From the NCBI GenBank assembly GCA_001875345.1, contig MIZA01000021.1, positions 6,222 to 70,221 of the forward strand: a stretch of 64,000 nucleotides of DNA, written 5' to 3'. The first letter of the stretch is position 1; each line of letters begins with the position of its first letter. This document shows positions 46,726 to 56,135 of the stretch, piece after piece. Origin of the DNA: Marine Group III euryarchaeote CG-Epi1 (GTDB lineage: Archaea > Thermoplasmatota > Poseidoniia > MGIII > CG-Epi1). Position numbers and translations under genes: made by a program. A model generated the notes under the pieces. That model ran no database searches, was not told the origin of the DNA, and was given only the letters and a program-made list of their open reading frames with translations.

Positions 46726-48405
46726 GTGGATTTAAGAGAGCAATTATTGCCCAATGAAAAACTGTTAACAGAATACACTAATTTATTTATCGAAAATAAG
46801 AAGGGAAATGCATATCTTACAAATCGAAGAATATTTTTATCAACTAAAAATAATTTATGGAATTTCAATACAGATGATATAAGATATATGGGAAGAATGA
46901 ATAAGCCACGTTTCTCATGGATTTGGCAAGTACTCATTTCCCTTATGATTCTGTATAGTATTTTAGGAGGACATACATTACTATTTCTAATTTGTATAAT
47001 CCTCTCTGCTGCAAGGCAATATCTCAAAATAGACTCTTTAGAAATCGGTTTGGAGAATAAAAAATGGACAATTGCAGATGATAACGAACAGCTTGATGAA
47101 ATGATGCTTCAAATTCAGACAAACCAAGTTACAGGGTTAGAAAGAAGTGAAGGAAAACCTATAGTTGATGCCGAAGAAGAATTGGAATCAAAAATTGAAA
47201 TAAACATATTAGGGGAGAATGAATCTGGCCCTCTTAGGTCTGCATGGCTATCTCTCTCATTTGCATTTCTTTTTTACTACTTAAATTCTTTTAGAGATTC
47301 TGGTAGTGTATGGCTTTTTGTTCTTTTGATTTCAGCCCTCTGCTCATATATTATCTACAAAGATAGAAGAAATACAAATACTTTAAGAAAAGTCGAACCC
47401 GAGGATGGAGCCATACGTAAATGTTGGTACTTTATCTTAACTAAGCTAAAAATAGAAATAATTAGAGCAAACTACTCATTTAGGCTTAATAATAAGCAAT
47501 TGGAGGTTAGAAATTTAGGATACATACTAAGCTCTATAGTTCTACTACTTGCCTTTACAGTTACTCACATTAATTCAAATCTAATTCCGATGTTATTTGG
47601 AATTTCCCTTGCAACCACAATATACATGATTGGGAGATGTCTTGCAGGAATACCTAGATCTCGTAATAGAATGATTGCAAGGACCTTCGCTTGTACCTTA
47701 GTTGCTATATGCGTAATTATGCCATGCCTAACTTTCGCTCCTTTGTATGTACCTGCAAATGCAGTTCTTCCTTCTAACTTTTTAGACGGAGAAAATGGAA
47801 ATGGTTGGAAAAAATCTTATTCACAAGTAGATGAGTACGGCCTTGGTTTAGCCTCAACTAGCATCTATCTTTATGCTGACGACGCGAAAGATAATGAAGG
47901 TAACGAGGATGGATATCCTGCAATCTTATTTGTAATTGTCCTAAAAGTACCATTCGAAATTGACGAAACTGTACCTTTGGACATTTTAAACGATCAATTT
48001 CAAAAAATGGCAATAGAACAAGATATTGAATTGGACTCCGAACTGGAAAGTGGAAAACGTAAGACTTCACAAGGCTATGATACTGAATATGTCATATACA
48101 ATGGAACTACTAAAACTGAAAAAATTGGAACTGAAGATATAAATTACAAAGTAACAAAAGGCTCAGAATCTAAATATATAGGAGAAGTTTGGAAAGCTCC
48201 GGAGTACAATTTACTTGTTGTTTCAATGGGAATTGGAATTATATCGTCTGAAACTGTTAACGAGGACACTGGAATTGAACCTATTGATGATTTAGTAGAT
48301 AATCTAATTCCAAATCCAACAGACACTACTGACGAAAAAAATTGGAATGAAATGATAGATTTAATCCCCGAAATTTATTGCTACGAAGAAGATTGGAATG
48401 CCTAA
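46726..48405 (+). CDS. Membrane protein with N-terminal bacterial-PH/GRAM-like domain, multiple TM helices and acidic C-terminal domain
   Basis: The 559 aa product uses a GTG start. The bPH-like motif is GNAYLTNRRIFLS. There are several blocks of hydrophobic helices. Confidence 0.4.
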   Translation: MDLREQLLPNEKLLTEYTNLFIENKKGNAYLTNRRIFLSTKNNLWNFNTDDIRYMGRMNKPRFSWIWQVLISLMILYSILGGHTLLFLICIILSAARQYLKIDSLEIGLENKKWTIADDNEQLDEMMLQIQTNQVTGLERSEGKPIVDAEEELESKIEINILGENESGPLRSAWLSLSFAFLFYYLNSFRDSGSVWLFVLLISALCSYIIYKDRRNTNTLRKVEPEDGAIRKCWYFILTKLKIEIIRANYSFRLNNKQLEVRNLGYILSSIVLLLAFTVTHINSNLIPMLFGISLATTIYMIGRCLAGIPRSRNRMIARTFACTLVAICVIMPCLTFAPLYVPANAVLPSNFLDGENGNGWKKSYSQVDEYGLGLASTSIYLYADDAKDNEGNEDGYPAILFVIVLKVPFEIDETVPLDILNDQFQKMAIEQDIELDSELESGKRKTSQGYDTEYVIYNGTTKTEKIGTEDINYKVTKGSESKYIGEVWKAPEYNLLVVSMGIGIISSETVNEDTGIEPIDDLVDNLIPNPTDTTDEKNWNEMIDLIPEIYCYEEDWNA

Positions 48406-48569
48406 TTTTTATCTATTACTAATCCTTCTTTTAATGGAAAAGAAACAAATTCTCCTTCCCACTTAACTTCAGATTCTTCGTCTAACAATCCTGCTGATAC
48501 CAATTTATTCATCATCATCTCAGCATCATCTTTTGGAACTTTCAAATATTGCCTTTCACTTTCGCTCAT
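48402..48569 (-). CDS. Possible small ORF (55 aa) immediately downstream of the ALDH gene
   Basis: An ATG at 48569 lies 2 nt past the ALDH stop. The product MSESERQYLKVPKDDAEMMMNKLVSAGLLDEESEVKWEGEFVSFPLKEGLVIDKN was found only by manual translation. It is below the size cut-off of the ORF track. Confidence 0.2.
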   Translation of the reverse strand: MSESERQYLKVPKDDAEMMMNKLVSAGLLDEESEVKWEGEFVSFPLKEGLVIDKN

Positions 48570-48570
48570 A

Positions 48571-50082
48571 TTAACCAAATTCTATTCCTTGTGCCAAAGG
48601 TAAGTCATCCGACCAATTAAGAGTATTGGTCTGTCGCCTCATGTAAATTTTCCACGAATCTGAGCCTGCTTCTCTACCTCCCCCGGTATCCTTTTCGCCG
48701 CCAAAAGCTCCGCCGATCTCAGCACCGCTTGTTCCAATGTTCACATTAGCAATACCGCAGTCACTACCAGAATGACTCAAGAACTTTTCAACTGACTGCA
48801 TATCTTTAGTAAAAATGGAGGATGATAATCCCTGATCAACAGAATTGTGGGATTCTATAGCTTCTTCTAAATCTTCAAATTCAAATAAATATAGTATAGG
48901 CGCAAAAGTCTCTTCCCTTACAATTTGCATACCCATATTCGCCTTCACAATAGTTGGCTCAACATAAAATCCATCTGATTTAATTATGTTTCCTCCGCAA
49001 AGAACCTCTCCCTTTTCTTTTTTAATGATTTCTAAAGCATCAGAGTAATCTTGAACTGCCTTTCCATCCACTAAAGGTCCAACAATAGTATCAGATTCTA
49101 AAGGATCACCTATTTTTATTTGTGAATATGACGATATTAATTTTTCAGTAATAGATGACGAAATTGATTTGTGTAGGAATAACCTACGTGTAGATGTACA
49201 GCGCTGACCTGAGGTACCAACGGCCCCAAACAATACTGCTCTGAGAACTAATTCAGGATCAGAGTCGGGCATCACAATGATTGCATTATTTCCTCCTAAT
49301 TCTAAAAGAGATCTACCTAAGCGTTTAGCTACAGCCTCACCTATTTTCCGTCCCATATGGCAAGAACCTGTTGCTGAAACAAGTGGTATTCGTCTATCGT
49401 GTACTAATAATTCACCAACATCTCTACTAGATCCAACAAGTAATGACATTACGCCATCCCAACCTAAAGGTGTCATGACCTCATTAACAATTTTTTGAAT
49501 CGCAATCGCTGTAAGTGGTGTTTTAGATGATGGTTTCCAAACCATTACATCCCCACAGACTGCAGCAATCATAGCATTCCATGCCCAAACTGCACCTGGA
49601 AAGTTAAATGCAGTAACAATACCTACTGCACCCAAAGGATGCCATTGCTCATACATTCTGTGATTTGGTCTTTCAGAGTGCATCGTTTTTCCATATAATT
49701 GGCGACTCAATCCTACTGCATAATCTGCAATGTCAATCATCTCTTGTACCTCGCCTTCTCCTTCAGCTTGAATTTTACCCATTTCCCAAGAAATTAATTT
49801 GCCAAGAGAGGTCTTATGCTTACGGAAAGCATTAGCTAACTTTCTAACTACTTCTCCTCTTTTTGGTGCCGGTTCCATTCTCCATTTTTTAAATACTTCG
49901 GAAGAAGTTTGCATTATATTTTCGTAGTCGCCGGGATTACATTGTTTAACTTTAGCAATTAGTGTCCCATCCACTGGAGTTATACAATCCAAATCACTTC
50001 CAGAGCCTAACCATTTATCTGAATAGCCTCCTAAATTTACATCTTCAATTCCTAACTTATCCAAGAAATCCAGCTTTGTCAT
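48571..50082 (-). CDS. Aldehyde dehydrogenase, ALDH7 (alpha-aminoadipic semialdehyde / piperideine-6-carboxylate dehydrogenase, antiquitin)-like
   Basis: The 503 aa product contains long antiquitin-specific stretches: EGEGEVQEMIDIADYAVGLSR, LELGGNNAIIV, GTSGQRCTSTRRLF (catalytic Cys), ETFAPILYLFEF and GSDCGIANVNIGTSGAEIGGAFGGEKDTGGGREAGSDSWKIYMRR. Confidence 0.85.
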   Translation of the reverse strand: MTKLDFLDKLGIEDVNLGGYSDKWLGSGSDLDCITPVDGTLIAKVKQCNPGDYENIMQTSSEVFKKWRMEPAPKRGEVVRKLANAFRKHKTSLGKLISWEMGKIQAEGEGEVQEMIDIADYAVGLSRQLYGKTMHSERPNHRMYEQWHPLGAVGIVTAFNFPGAVWAWNAMIAAVCGDVMVWKPSSKTPLTAIAIQKIVNEVMTPLGWDGVMSLLVGSSRDVGELLVHDRRIPLVSATGSCHMGRKIGEAVAKRLGRSLLELGGNNAIIVMPDSDPELVLRAVLFGAVGTSGQRCTSTRRLFLHKSISSSITEKLISSYSQIKIGDPLESDTIVGPLVDGKAVQDYSDALEIIKKEKGEVLCGGNIIKSDGFYVEPTIVKANMGMQIVREETFAPILYLFEFEDLEEAIESHNSVDQGLSSSIFTKDMQSVEKFLSHSGSDCGIANVNIGTSGAEIGGAFGGEKDTGGGREAGSDSWKIYMRRQTNTLNWSDDLPLAQGIEFG

Positions 50083-50135
50083 ACAAGTACATAAAGAGCT
50101 ACAATAAAGAACTTAATTGTACTATTCATTTTTAA

Positions 50136-50837
50136 TTGCCCACCTTTTACAAGATTATGGCAGTTGGAGATTCAGAGCTTCAAGGATATGACGAGGCCCA
50201 AAAAGAAATGATGAATGAAAACTGCATCATAGTAGATGAAAATGATAAAATTATTGGGCAGGACTCGAAAATAAACTGCCATCTTGGTAATGGGAAACTA
50301 CACAGGGCCTTTAGTGTATTAATTTTCAATTCAAATGAAAAATTATTGATACAACAAAGGGCTGATGAAAAAATAACATTTCCATCTATTTGGGCAAACA
50401 GCTGTTGTAGCCACCCTCTTTATCAAGACGGCGAAGAAGAAGGTATCGAAGGCGCAAAAAAAGCTGCAACCAGAAAATTAGTACAAGAGCTTGGGATAAA
50501 GCCCAATGTAATTCGAACTGGGGATTTAAATTTTATAACTAAAATGCATTACAAAGCTAGAGCTGATGAAAAATGGATTGAACATGAGATTGATTATATT
50601 TTTGTTATTAAAATAGATGTTGAAATAAACCCTAACCCAAACGAAATACAAAAAACTCAATACGTAGATGAAAAAGAACTAAATGATTTATTTGGTAAAG
50701 CTAATGGGAATGATGTTAAAATAGGGCCTTGGTTCCGATTAATTAAAGATAATTTCCTCAGTAAAATATGGAGAAATTTGGAATCTATAGAGAACATTAA
50801 TGATAATGAAGTGCATCATATGGGAGAAGTAGAATGA
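50136..50837 (+). CDS. idi: Isopentenyl-diphosphate delta-isomerase, type 1 (Nudix-fold, eukaryote-like)
   Basis: HRAFSVLIFNSNEKLLIQQRADEKITFPSIWANSCCSHPL contains the catalytic Cys and closely parallels eukaryotic IDI1. The Glu-containing WIEHEIDYIF region is also conserved. Confidence 0.85.
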   Translation: MPTFYKIMAVGDSELQGYDEAQKEMMNENCIIVDENDKIIGQDSKINCHLGNGKLHRAFSVLIFNSNEKLLIQQRADEKITFPSIWANSCCSHPLYQDGEEEGIEGAKKAATRKLVQELGIKPNVIRTGDLNFITKMHYKARADEKWIEHEIDYIFVIKIDVEINPNPNEIQKTQYVDEKELNDLFGKANGNDVKIGPWFRLIKDNFLSKIWRNLESIENINDNEVHHMGEVE

Positions 50838-51817
50838 GTATAAAGATAAAGCTAGCTGAAAAGGCTGTAGATGTTGAAAAGGCTCTAAATAATTACTTGG
50901 CTGTACGTGAACCTAAAAAATTATACGAAGCTATGGCCCATATACCTCTTGCGGGGGGAAAACGCTTACGCCCCGTTATGGCACAACTCACTTGTGAGAT
51001 GGTCGGAGGAAATGGAAAAAAAGCAATTCCTTTCGCGGCCGCCCTTGAAGTTATTCATAATTTCACGTTAGTTCACGATGATGTAATGGACGATGATGAT
51101 CTTAGACATGGTGTTCCAGCATGTCACACGGTTTATGGACTACCCACTGCAATTTTAGCCGGAGACTCACTCTTCGCGTATGCATTTGAAATGATTGCTG
51201 AAAGTGAAGTTGATGATAATATTAAATCCGAATTAGTTAGACATACTGCCTACACAGTAAGAAGAATTGCCGAAGGCCAACAAATGGACATAAATTTTGA
51301 AGAAGAGGAAACTGTGGATCCTGAGCTTTATCTCGAAATGATTAGGCTAAAAACATCTATATTGTTTGGATCTGCAGCATATGGTGGAGCTTTGATTGGA
51401 GGTAAAGATAAGGATGAAGCAAATGAGTTGAGGCAAATGGCAATATGGGTTGGATTAGGATTTCAAATATGGGATGACTATCTTGATGCAACAGCTTCTG
51501 CTGAAGTCCTTGGAAAACCGTCTGGATCTGACATTAGACAAGGAAAGCGTACACTCCTAGTAATTGAAGCCTTGAGTCGCACTAAAAACGAAGAGAGAAA
51601 AGAATTGATTAAAATTCTAGATGATAGCAGTAATACTGATGCTGATGTAAAACGAGCTGTTACTATTATGTCTAATTGCGGAGCACTTGATAATTGTCGT
51701 AAACAAGCATTAGGATATCTAAATGGTGCTAAGAATACTATTGCAAAATATCCTGAGGGTGAGGCAAGAACAATGCTAGAAGAGTTATTAGAATACATGG
51801 TTACGAGAGGGCATTAA
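50834..51817 (+). CDS. idsA: Geranylgeranyl diphosphate synthase (short-chain trans-prenyltransferase)
   Basis: The first Asp-rich motif is LVHDDVMDDDD and the second is FQIWDDYLD. The start overlaps the idi stop (ATGA). Confidence 0.85.
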   Translation: MSIKIKLAEKAVDVEKALNNYLAVREPKKLYEAMAHIPLAGGKRLRPVMAQLTCEMVGGNGKKAIPFAAALEVIHNFTLVHDDVMDDDDLRHGVPACHTVYGLPTAILAGDSLFAYAFEMIAESEVDDNIKSELVRHTAYTVRRIAEGQQMDINFEEEETVDPELYLEMIRLKTSILFGSAAYGGALIGGKDKDEANELRQMAIWVGLGFQIWDDYLDATASAEVLGKPSGSDIRQGKRTLLVIEALSRTKNEERKELIKILDDSSNTDADVKRAVTIMSNCGALDNCRKQALGYLNGAKNTIAKYPEGEARTMLEELLEYMVTRGH

Positions 51818-51859
51818 GTCCACCTAATAACCTAAATACAGGTTACAAATGCGATTACA

Positions 51860-53275
51860 ATGAGCGACTCAGATTCTTGGACCTCTGAGCTAATAAATGA
51901 GCAGTTGAGAAAAAGATTTGAAAATCATGATACTGCTAAAGTCACTAATTTAGCAAATCAATCGTGCATTGCTACAAATATGCCTCCTAAAACTAACATT
52001 GTATTTGAAGGAAAGGCTGGAGACAATTTTGGAGGATTAAATCAAGGAAGCAAGATTGTTTTGAATGGAGATGCGGGAAGATTTGTTGGAAATGGAATGT
52101 TTGATGGTGAAATTATCATCAATGGGAATTGTGATGACGGAGTTGGACATTCAATGTCTAACGGAAGAATAGTTATTCAGGGTACGGTAGATGGAGACGC
52201 AGGATCTTCAATGCACGGGGGGAATTTGCTAATCTCAGGTAGTGTAAGAGGTGATCTGGCTACATGTATGAGTCAAGGCAATATCATAATTTGTGGAGAC
52301 GTGCTTGGCGACATTGGAAAAATGATGGAAAATGGTAAGATATTTATTGCAGGTGAATTTGACGAAAATGAGAATATTGAAACCAAAAATATTTCTCCAA
52401 GTGACTGGAAAAAGGTAAAACTTGAACTCAAGGAAAATGGAATTGATTCAAGAGATTTGAATTTCAAATCCCTGTCTTCAAATAATTTAATAAAAAAAGA
52501 AAAAAACTATCAACCAGATTATACTAGCCTTAAAGACGACATAATTTTAGTTCCTGCCAGCCTTACAAGAAGACCTAGAACTCCAGGATTAGACGAAGTA
52601 AATCTATCTTTGACAATTGGCTCTAAAAAGGAAGAACCTCTTAATCTTACAATTCCACTATTATGGCAGGGAAGTAATGCTCCTTCATATTTCAATTGGA
52701 AGATTAATGAGAAAATAAAGGATAATATAACTAATTCAAATGTAGCTATTATTGATTTAACTGCAACTAACATAAACCGTAGATTGGATATGAAAAGACC
52801 AACTGATTTATCTGTAATCGTTAATCTATTGAATCAAAGTTCTGCAAATAAAATACCAATTATGGTACGGATTTATGCCGGTGATGTTGATAATGATTTA
52901 GGAGTCATTGTGAAATCTGGAGCTGATGGTGTAATCTTAGTTGGCGATAAATTGCCAATTGAAGCTGCACTTGTTTCATCCAGAAATTATAAGAATAAAA
53001 TTACTATCCTTGCTGAGACAAATCAATTAGATTACAACGATTCATTGAAACTATTAGCATTAGGAGCTTCCGGGATCTTTTTACAGAATAAGTGCAGCGG
53101 TAATGAGCTAAAGGACTTTGGGATGAAATTATCGAAAGCTATAGGCTCATTAGGTGTAGGAAACATTTCTGATTTAAGTGCAGAGCATCTTAGAACCACA
53201 AGTCAAAAAGTAGCATCTATGACTGGAGTTATTATTGCTGGATATAACTCTGTTTTACCAATGTGGCGCCACTAG
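51860..53275 (+). CDS. Glutamate synthase-related protein: N-terminal GXGXG (GltB C-terminal-like) beta-helix domain fused to a degenerate glutamate-synthase central/TIM-barrel-like domain
   Basis: Residues about 45-175 show repeated G-x-G-x-G turns (GKAGDNFGGLNQGSKIVLNGDAGRFVGNGMFDGEIIINGNCDDGVGHSMSNGRIVIQGTVDGDAGSSMHGGNLLISGSVRGD...). The C-half has PIMVRIYAGDVDNDLGVIVKSGADGVILVGD, which resembles the FMN-domain region of GltB. The downstream GGTG FMN-phosphate motif is absent. Confidence 0.6.
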   Translation: MSDSDSWTSELINEQLRKRFENHDTAKVTNLANQSCIATNMPPKTNIVFEGKAGDNFGGLNQGSKIVLNGDAGRFVGNGMFDGEIIINGNCDDGVGHSMSNGRIVIQGTVDGDAGSSMHGGNLLISGSVRGDLATCMSQGNIIICGDVLGDIGKMMENGKIFIAGEFDENENIETKNISPSDWKKVKLELKENGIDSRDLNFKSLSSNNLIKKEKNYQPDYTSLKDDIILVPASLTRRPRTPGLDEVNLSLTIGSKKEEPLNLTIPLLWQGSNAPSYFNWKINEKIKDNITNSNVAIIDLTATNINRRLDMKRPTDLSVIVNLLNQSSANKIPIMVRIYAGDVDNDLGVIVKSGADGVILVGDKLPIEAALVSSRNYKNKITILAETNQLDYNDSLKLLALGASGIFLQNKCSGNELKDFGMKLSKAIGSLGVGNISDLSAEHLRTTSQKVASMTGVIIAGYNSVLPMWRH

Positions 53276-53283
53276 TCAATTAA

Positions 53284-54222
53284 ATGAAAAACGGTGCAAT
53301 CTCAGCCAAGTCGTTGACCAAAAATTATGGGGAATTTTGTGCAGTTAACAATGTTTCTTTAGAAATTCCAAAAGGAATCTGCTTTGGGTTACTCGGCCCA
53401 AATGGTGCTGGAAAAACAACAATGATTCAAATGATTCAAGCTTCTTCTCCAATTACAAATGGTAAATTAGAAGTCTTAGGAATGGATACGATTAGCGATA
53501 GTCGAGAGATTAGAAAAAAAATTGGAGTCATACCTCAAGAAGATAATTTAGATCCTGATTTTTCAGTTAGATATAATCTTCTTGTTTATGCCAGATATTT
53601 TGGAATAGGATTAGATGAAGCGAAAGAAAAGGCTGAAGAACTTCTTAAAAAAGTCGAATTGACCGATAAGGCTGATCAAGAAATTAATAATCTGTCCGGG
53701 GGAATGAAAAGGCGCCTTATAGTGGCAAGAGGAATGATAAATGAGCCTGAATTATTAATTTTAGATGAACCAACTACCGGTTTAGACCCACAAGCAAGGC
53801 ATAGTGTTTGGGACCAAATTCGAATTTTTAAAAATGAAGGAAAGACCGTTCTTCTTACTACGCATTACATGGATGAAGCTGAAATATTATGCGATGAGCT
53901 AGCAATTATGGACTCTGGTAGGATTTTAATCCAGGGAAATCCAAAAGAATTAATTAAAAAAACCATCGGAGATAATGCTGCCGAATTGGTAGCACTATCA
54001 TTCGGAAAAGATGAAGAAACTTTAAACTTAGTTGAGAAAAAATGTAAGTTAATGAAAGTAAGTTTCAGTCGAGTTACTGATAGAATTATCTTATATGGAA
54101 AAGAAATTGAAAATATCATATCTGAATTTAAAGATGAGGGAAATTTAACTGATATCATCAGAAGAAGAGCTACGCTCGAAGACGTTTTTTTAAATTTAAC
54201 AGGGAGACAACTTAGAGACTAA
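53284..54222 (+). CDS. ABC transporter ATP-binding protein (ABC-2/NodI-DrrA-like exporter ATPase)
   Basis: Walker A (GLLGPNGAGKTT), signature (LSGGMKRRLIVARG) and Walker B (LLILDEPTTGLD) are present. Confidence 0.8.
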   Translation: MKNGAISAKSLTKNYGEFCAVNNVSLEIPKGICFGLLGPNGAGKTTMIQMIQASSPITNGKLEVLGMDTISDSREIRKKIGVIPQEDNLDPDFSVRYNLLVYARYFGIGLDEAKEKAEELLKKVELTDKADQEINNLSGGMKRRLIVARGMINEPELLILDEPTTGLDPQARHSVWDQIRIFKNEGKTVLLTTHYMDEAEILCDELAIMDSGRILIQGNPKELIKKTIGDNAAELVALSFGKDEETLNLVEKKCKLMKVSFSRVTDRIILYGKEIENIISEFKDEGNLTDIIRRRATLEDVFLNLTGRQLRD

Positions 54223-54224
54223 GG

Positions 54225-55019
54225 ATGCAAGAAGTTCAAGGAATTTCACCTCAGATGGTATACGCCGTATGGAGAAGACATGCTGATGTCTGGGTACGAA
54301 CTTGGAGAACAAATCTATTGCCACCTCTTGTTGAGCCTATTCTGTACCTTTTAGGATTTGGTTTTGGAGTGGGGGCGTATATTAACGAAATGGGAGGCGT
54401 TAGTTATGTAGAGTATATCGCTCCGTCAATTCTTGCAATATCGATGATGTTTGGAGCTTTCTTTGAGGCTACGTATTCAGCTTTTGTACGAATGTATTAC
54501 CAAAAGACGTGGCAAGCAATAGCTGCAACACCTGCTTCTGCATCTGATGTACTAGTAGCTGAATTATTATGGGCTACCACAAAATCAGTCACTAATGCTA
54601 CTCTAATGACTACTGCAATCTTATCAGTTGGATATATAGTTAATCAGCCTTTAATTTCGATGCAAGGAGCTATTTTAATGCCAATTGTTGCAATTCCAAT
54701 TGGATTAATGTTTGCTGGAATGGGACTTATTTTAACTTCATATACGCCCTCTATCGACTGGTTCAACATACCTTTTTTTCTTTTTGTAAATCCAATGTTC
54801 ATCTTAGCTGGGACCTTTTTTCCTTTGAGTGAATTCCCACCAGTCGCTCAAAATATTGCAATGTGTTTACCTTTGACTCATGCAGCTATAGTCACACGTA
54901 CCTTAGCCTATGGGGATGGAATAGAAAATTTAATTTTTTCTATAACATACATAACTATCATGACTGTAGTCATGACTTACCTAGGAGTAAAACTATGCCT
55001 ACGAAGAATTGTAACTTGA
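54225..55019 (+). CDS. ABC-2 type transporter permease
   Basis: The 264 aa product has 6 TM helices and follows the ATPase with a 2 nt gap. Confidence 0.6.
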   Translation: MQEVQGISPQMVYAVWRRHADVWVRTWRTNLLPPLVEPILYLLGFGFGVGAYINEMGGVSYVEYIAPSILAISMMFGAFFEATYSAFVRMYYQKTWQAIAATPASASDVLVAELLWATTKSVTNATLMTTAILSVGYIVNQPLISMQGAILMPIVAIPIGLMFAGMGLILTSYTPSIDWFNIPFFLFVNPMFILAGTFFPLSEFPPVAQNIAMCLPLTHAAIVTRTLAYGDGIENLIFSITYITIMTVVMTYLGVKLCLRRIVT

Positions 55020-55034
55020 AAAATTAAATAAATT

Positions 55035-55577
55035 TCATGCCTTCATTTCAGAGGAACGAATATAAGACCATGTTGAAACTGCAGTTAAAATTGCTGAGAT
55101 AATCATTTCTCTTTGATGATCTTCCCAGCTGATTGCTATAATTACTAAGGAAGCTAAACCAATTATTCCAGCGTAAAATTTGGCTTTATCGGGATCTTCA
55201 GTGAAAAATGAATGGTTTTTTCCTGACATAAAGAACCATATTGTTACATAAACCATTCCGGAAATCAAAACTGCTGTAGACAATGCGCCTGAAGTATCTG
55301 AGACTTCAGAACCGGAACTAAGCAAAGGTATGTTCATCCCTTGCTGAATAACTAAAACTAAGTAAACAACAAGAGTTCCATAACCTGCGCCAGCAATAAG
55401 ATATAACCAACCTCTTAATGATTCTGCTTTTTCAGCATCTGTTGGGTAATCACTTAGTGATGATCCTGATGACTTAACCGCAGAGGATAACTCTGTTTCT
55501 CTTCGTATAACTTCTTCTTTTACATCTTCTTCTATTTCTTGACCTGGTAATGTTTCATCAATATCTAAATCGTTCAC
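55035..55577 (-). CDS. Hypothetical 4-TM membrane protein with acidic N-terminus
   Basis: The 180 aa product overlaps the upstream HTH gene by 1 nt. Confidence 0.35.
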   Translation of the reverse strand: MNDLDIDETLPGQEIEEDVKEEVIRRETELSSAVKSSGSSLSDYPTDAEKAESLRGWLYLIAGAGYGTLVVYLVLVIQQGMNIPLLSSGSEVSDTSGALSTAVLISGMVYVTIWFFMSGKNHSFFTEDPDKAKFYAGIIGLASLVIIAISWEDHQREMIISAILTAVSTWSYIRSSEMKA

Positions 55578-56083
55578 TATTCTTCCTCTTTCAATGGCAC
55601 GATGTTATGCCCCTTAAAATCAAATTTTACCGAACGTCTAACTAAACCTTTCAAAGTAAGCGAACTGACTCCTATATCTCTTCCAACATCGTTAGCAAAT
55701 GTTCCATCTTCACCTATTAAATCAACTATTTTAGATTCATATTTGATAAACTCTTTATCTGGCATTAAAACAACAGTAAGAAGCTCTTGCGTCTCATCGA
55801 ATGTTAAAGATGTAGAAATTTGAAAAGCATTGTAAAATGTTCTGTAACTCTTCTCGGGCCTTCCCGTATCTTTATTCACTTCCCATCTAGATTCAATCAA
55901 TTTAAATTTTTCATAATATACAATAATATCATTAGCTTCATCGCCAAATTTTTCATTCAACTCACTAATCATTGTCCAACCCTCTGCTAAAGTGCTCAAT
56001 ACATTTCTTCTAACTTCTGAATCTACAGCTCTAAAAAGAGCTACTAACTCGGCTGGGTCATTAATTAACTTTACGCGCTTCAT
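55577..56083 (-). CDS. Winged-helix (ArsR-like) transcriptional regulator with C-terminal uncharacterised domain
   Basis: The N-terminal AELVALFRAVDSEVRRNVLSTLAEGWTMISELNEKFG resembles the ArsR/SmtB HTH. Confidence 0.45.
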   Translation of the reverse strand: MKRVKLINDPAELVALFRAVDSEVRRNVLSTLAEGWTMISELNEKFGDEANDIIVYYEKFKLIESRWEVNKDTGRPEKSYRTFYNAFQISTSLTFDETQELLTVVLMPDKEFIKYESKIVDLIGEDGTFANDVGRDIGVSSLTLKGLVRRSVKFDFKGHNIVPLKEEE

Positions 56084-56135
56084 CTCTACAAGTTGACCAG
56101 TACAAGAACCCTATAAAATATAACTAGACACTATT

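Noticed and set aside
46683-47027. 114 aa minus-strand ORF overlapping the start of the bPH-TM protein gene
   Set aside because: The plus-strand ORF is 559 aa with coherent domain and TM structure. The minus ORF has no motifs, and no plausible promoter was found for it.
51478-53275. Minus-strand ORFs 51478-51798, 52273-52467 and 52519-52773 inside the GGPPS and GXGXG-protein genes
   Set aside because: They are antisense to well-supported genes and have Ser/Leu-rich shadow composition.
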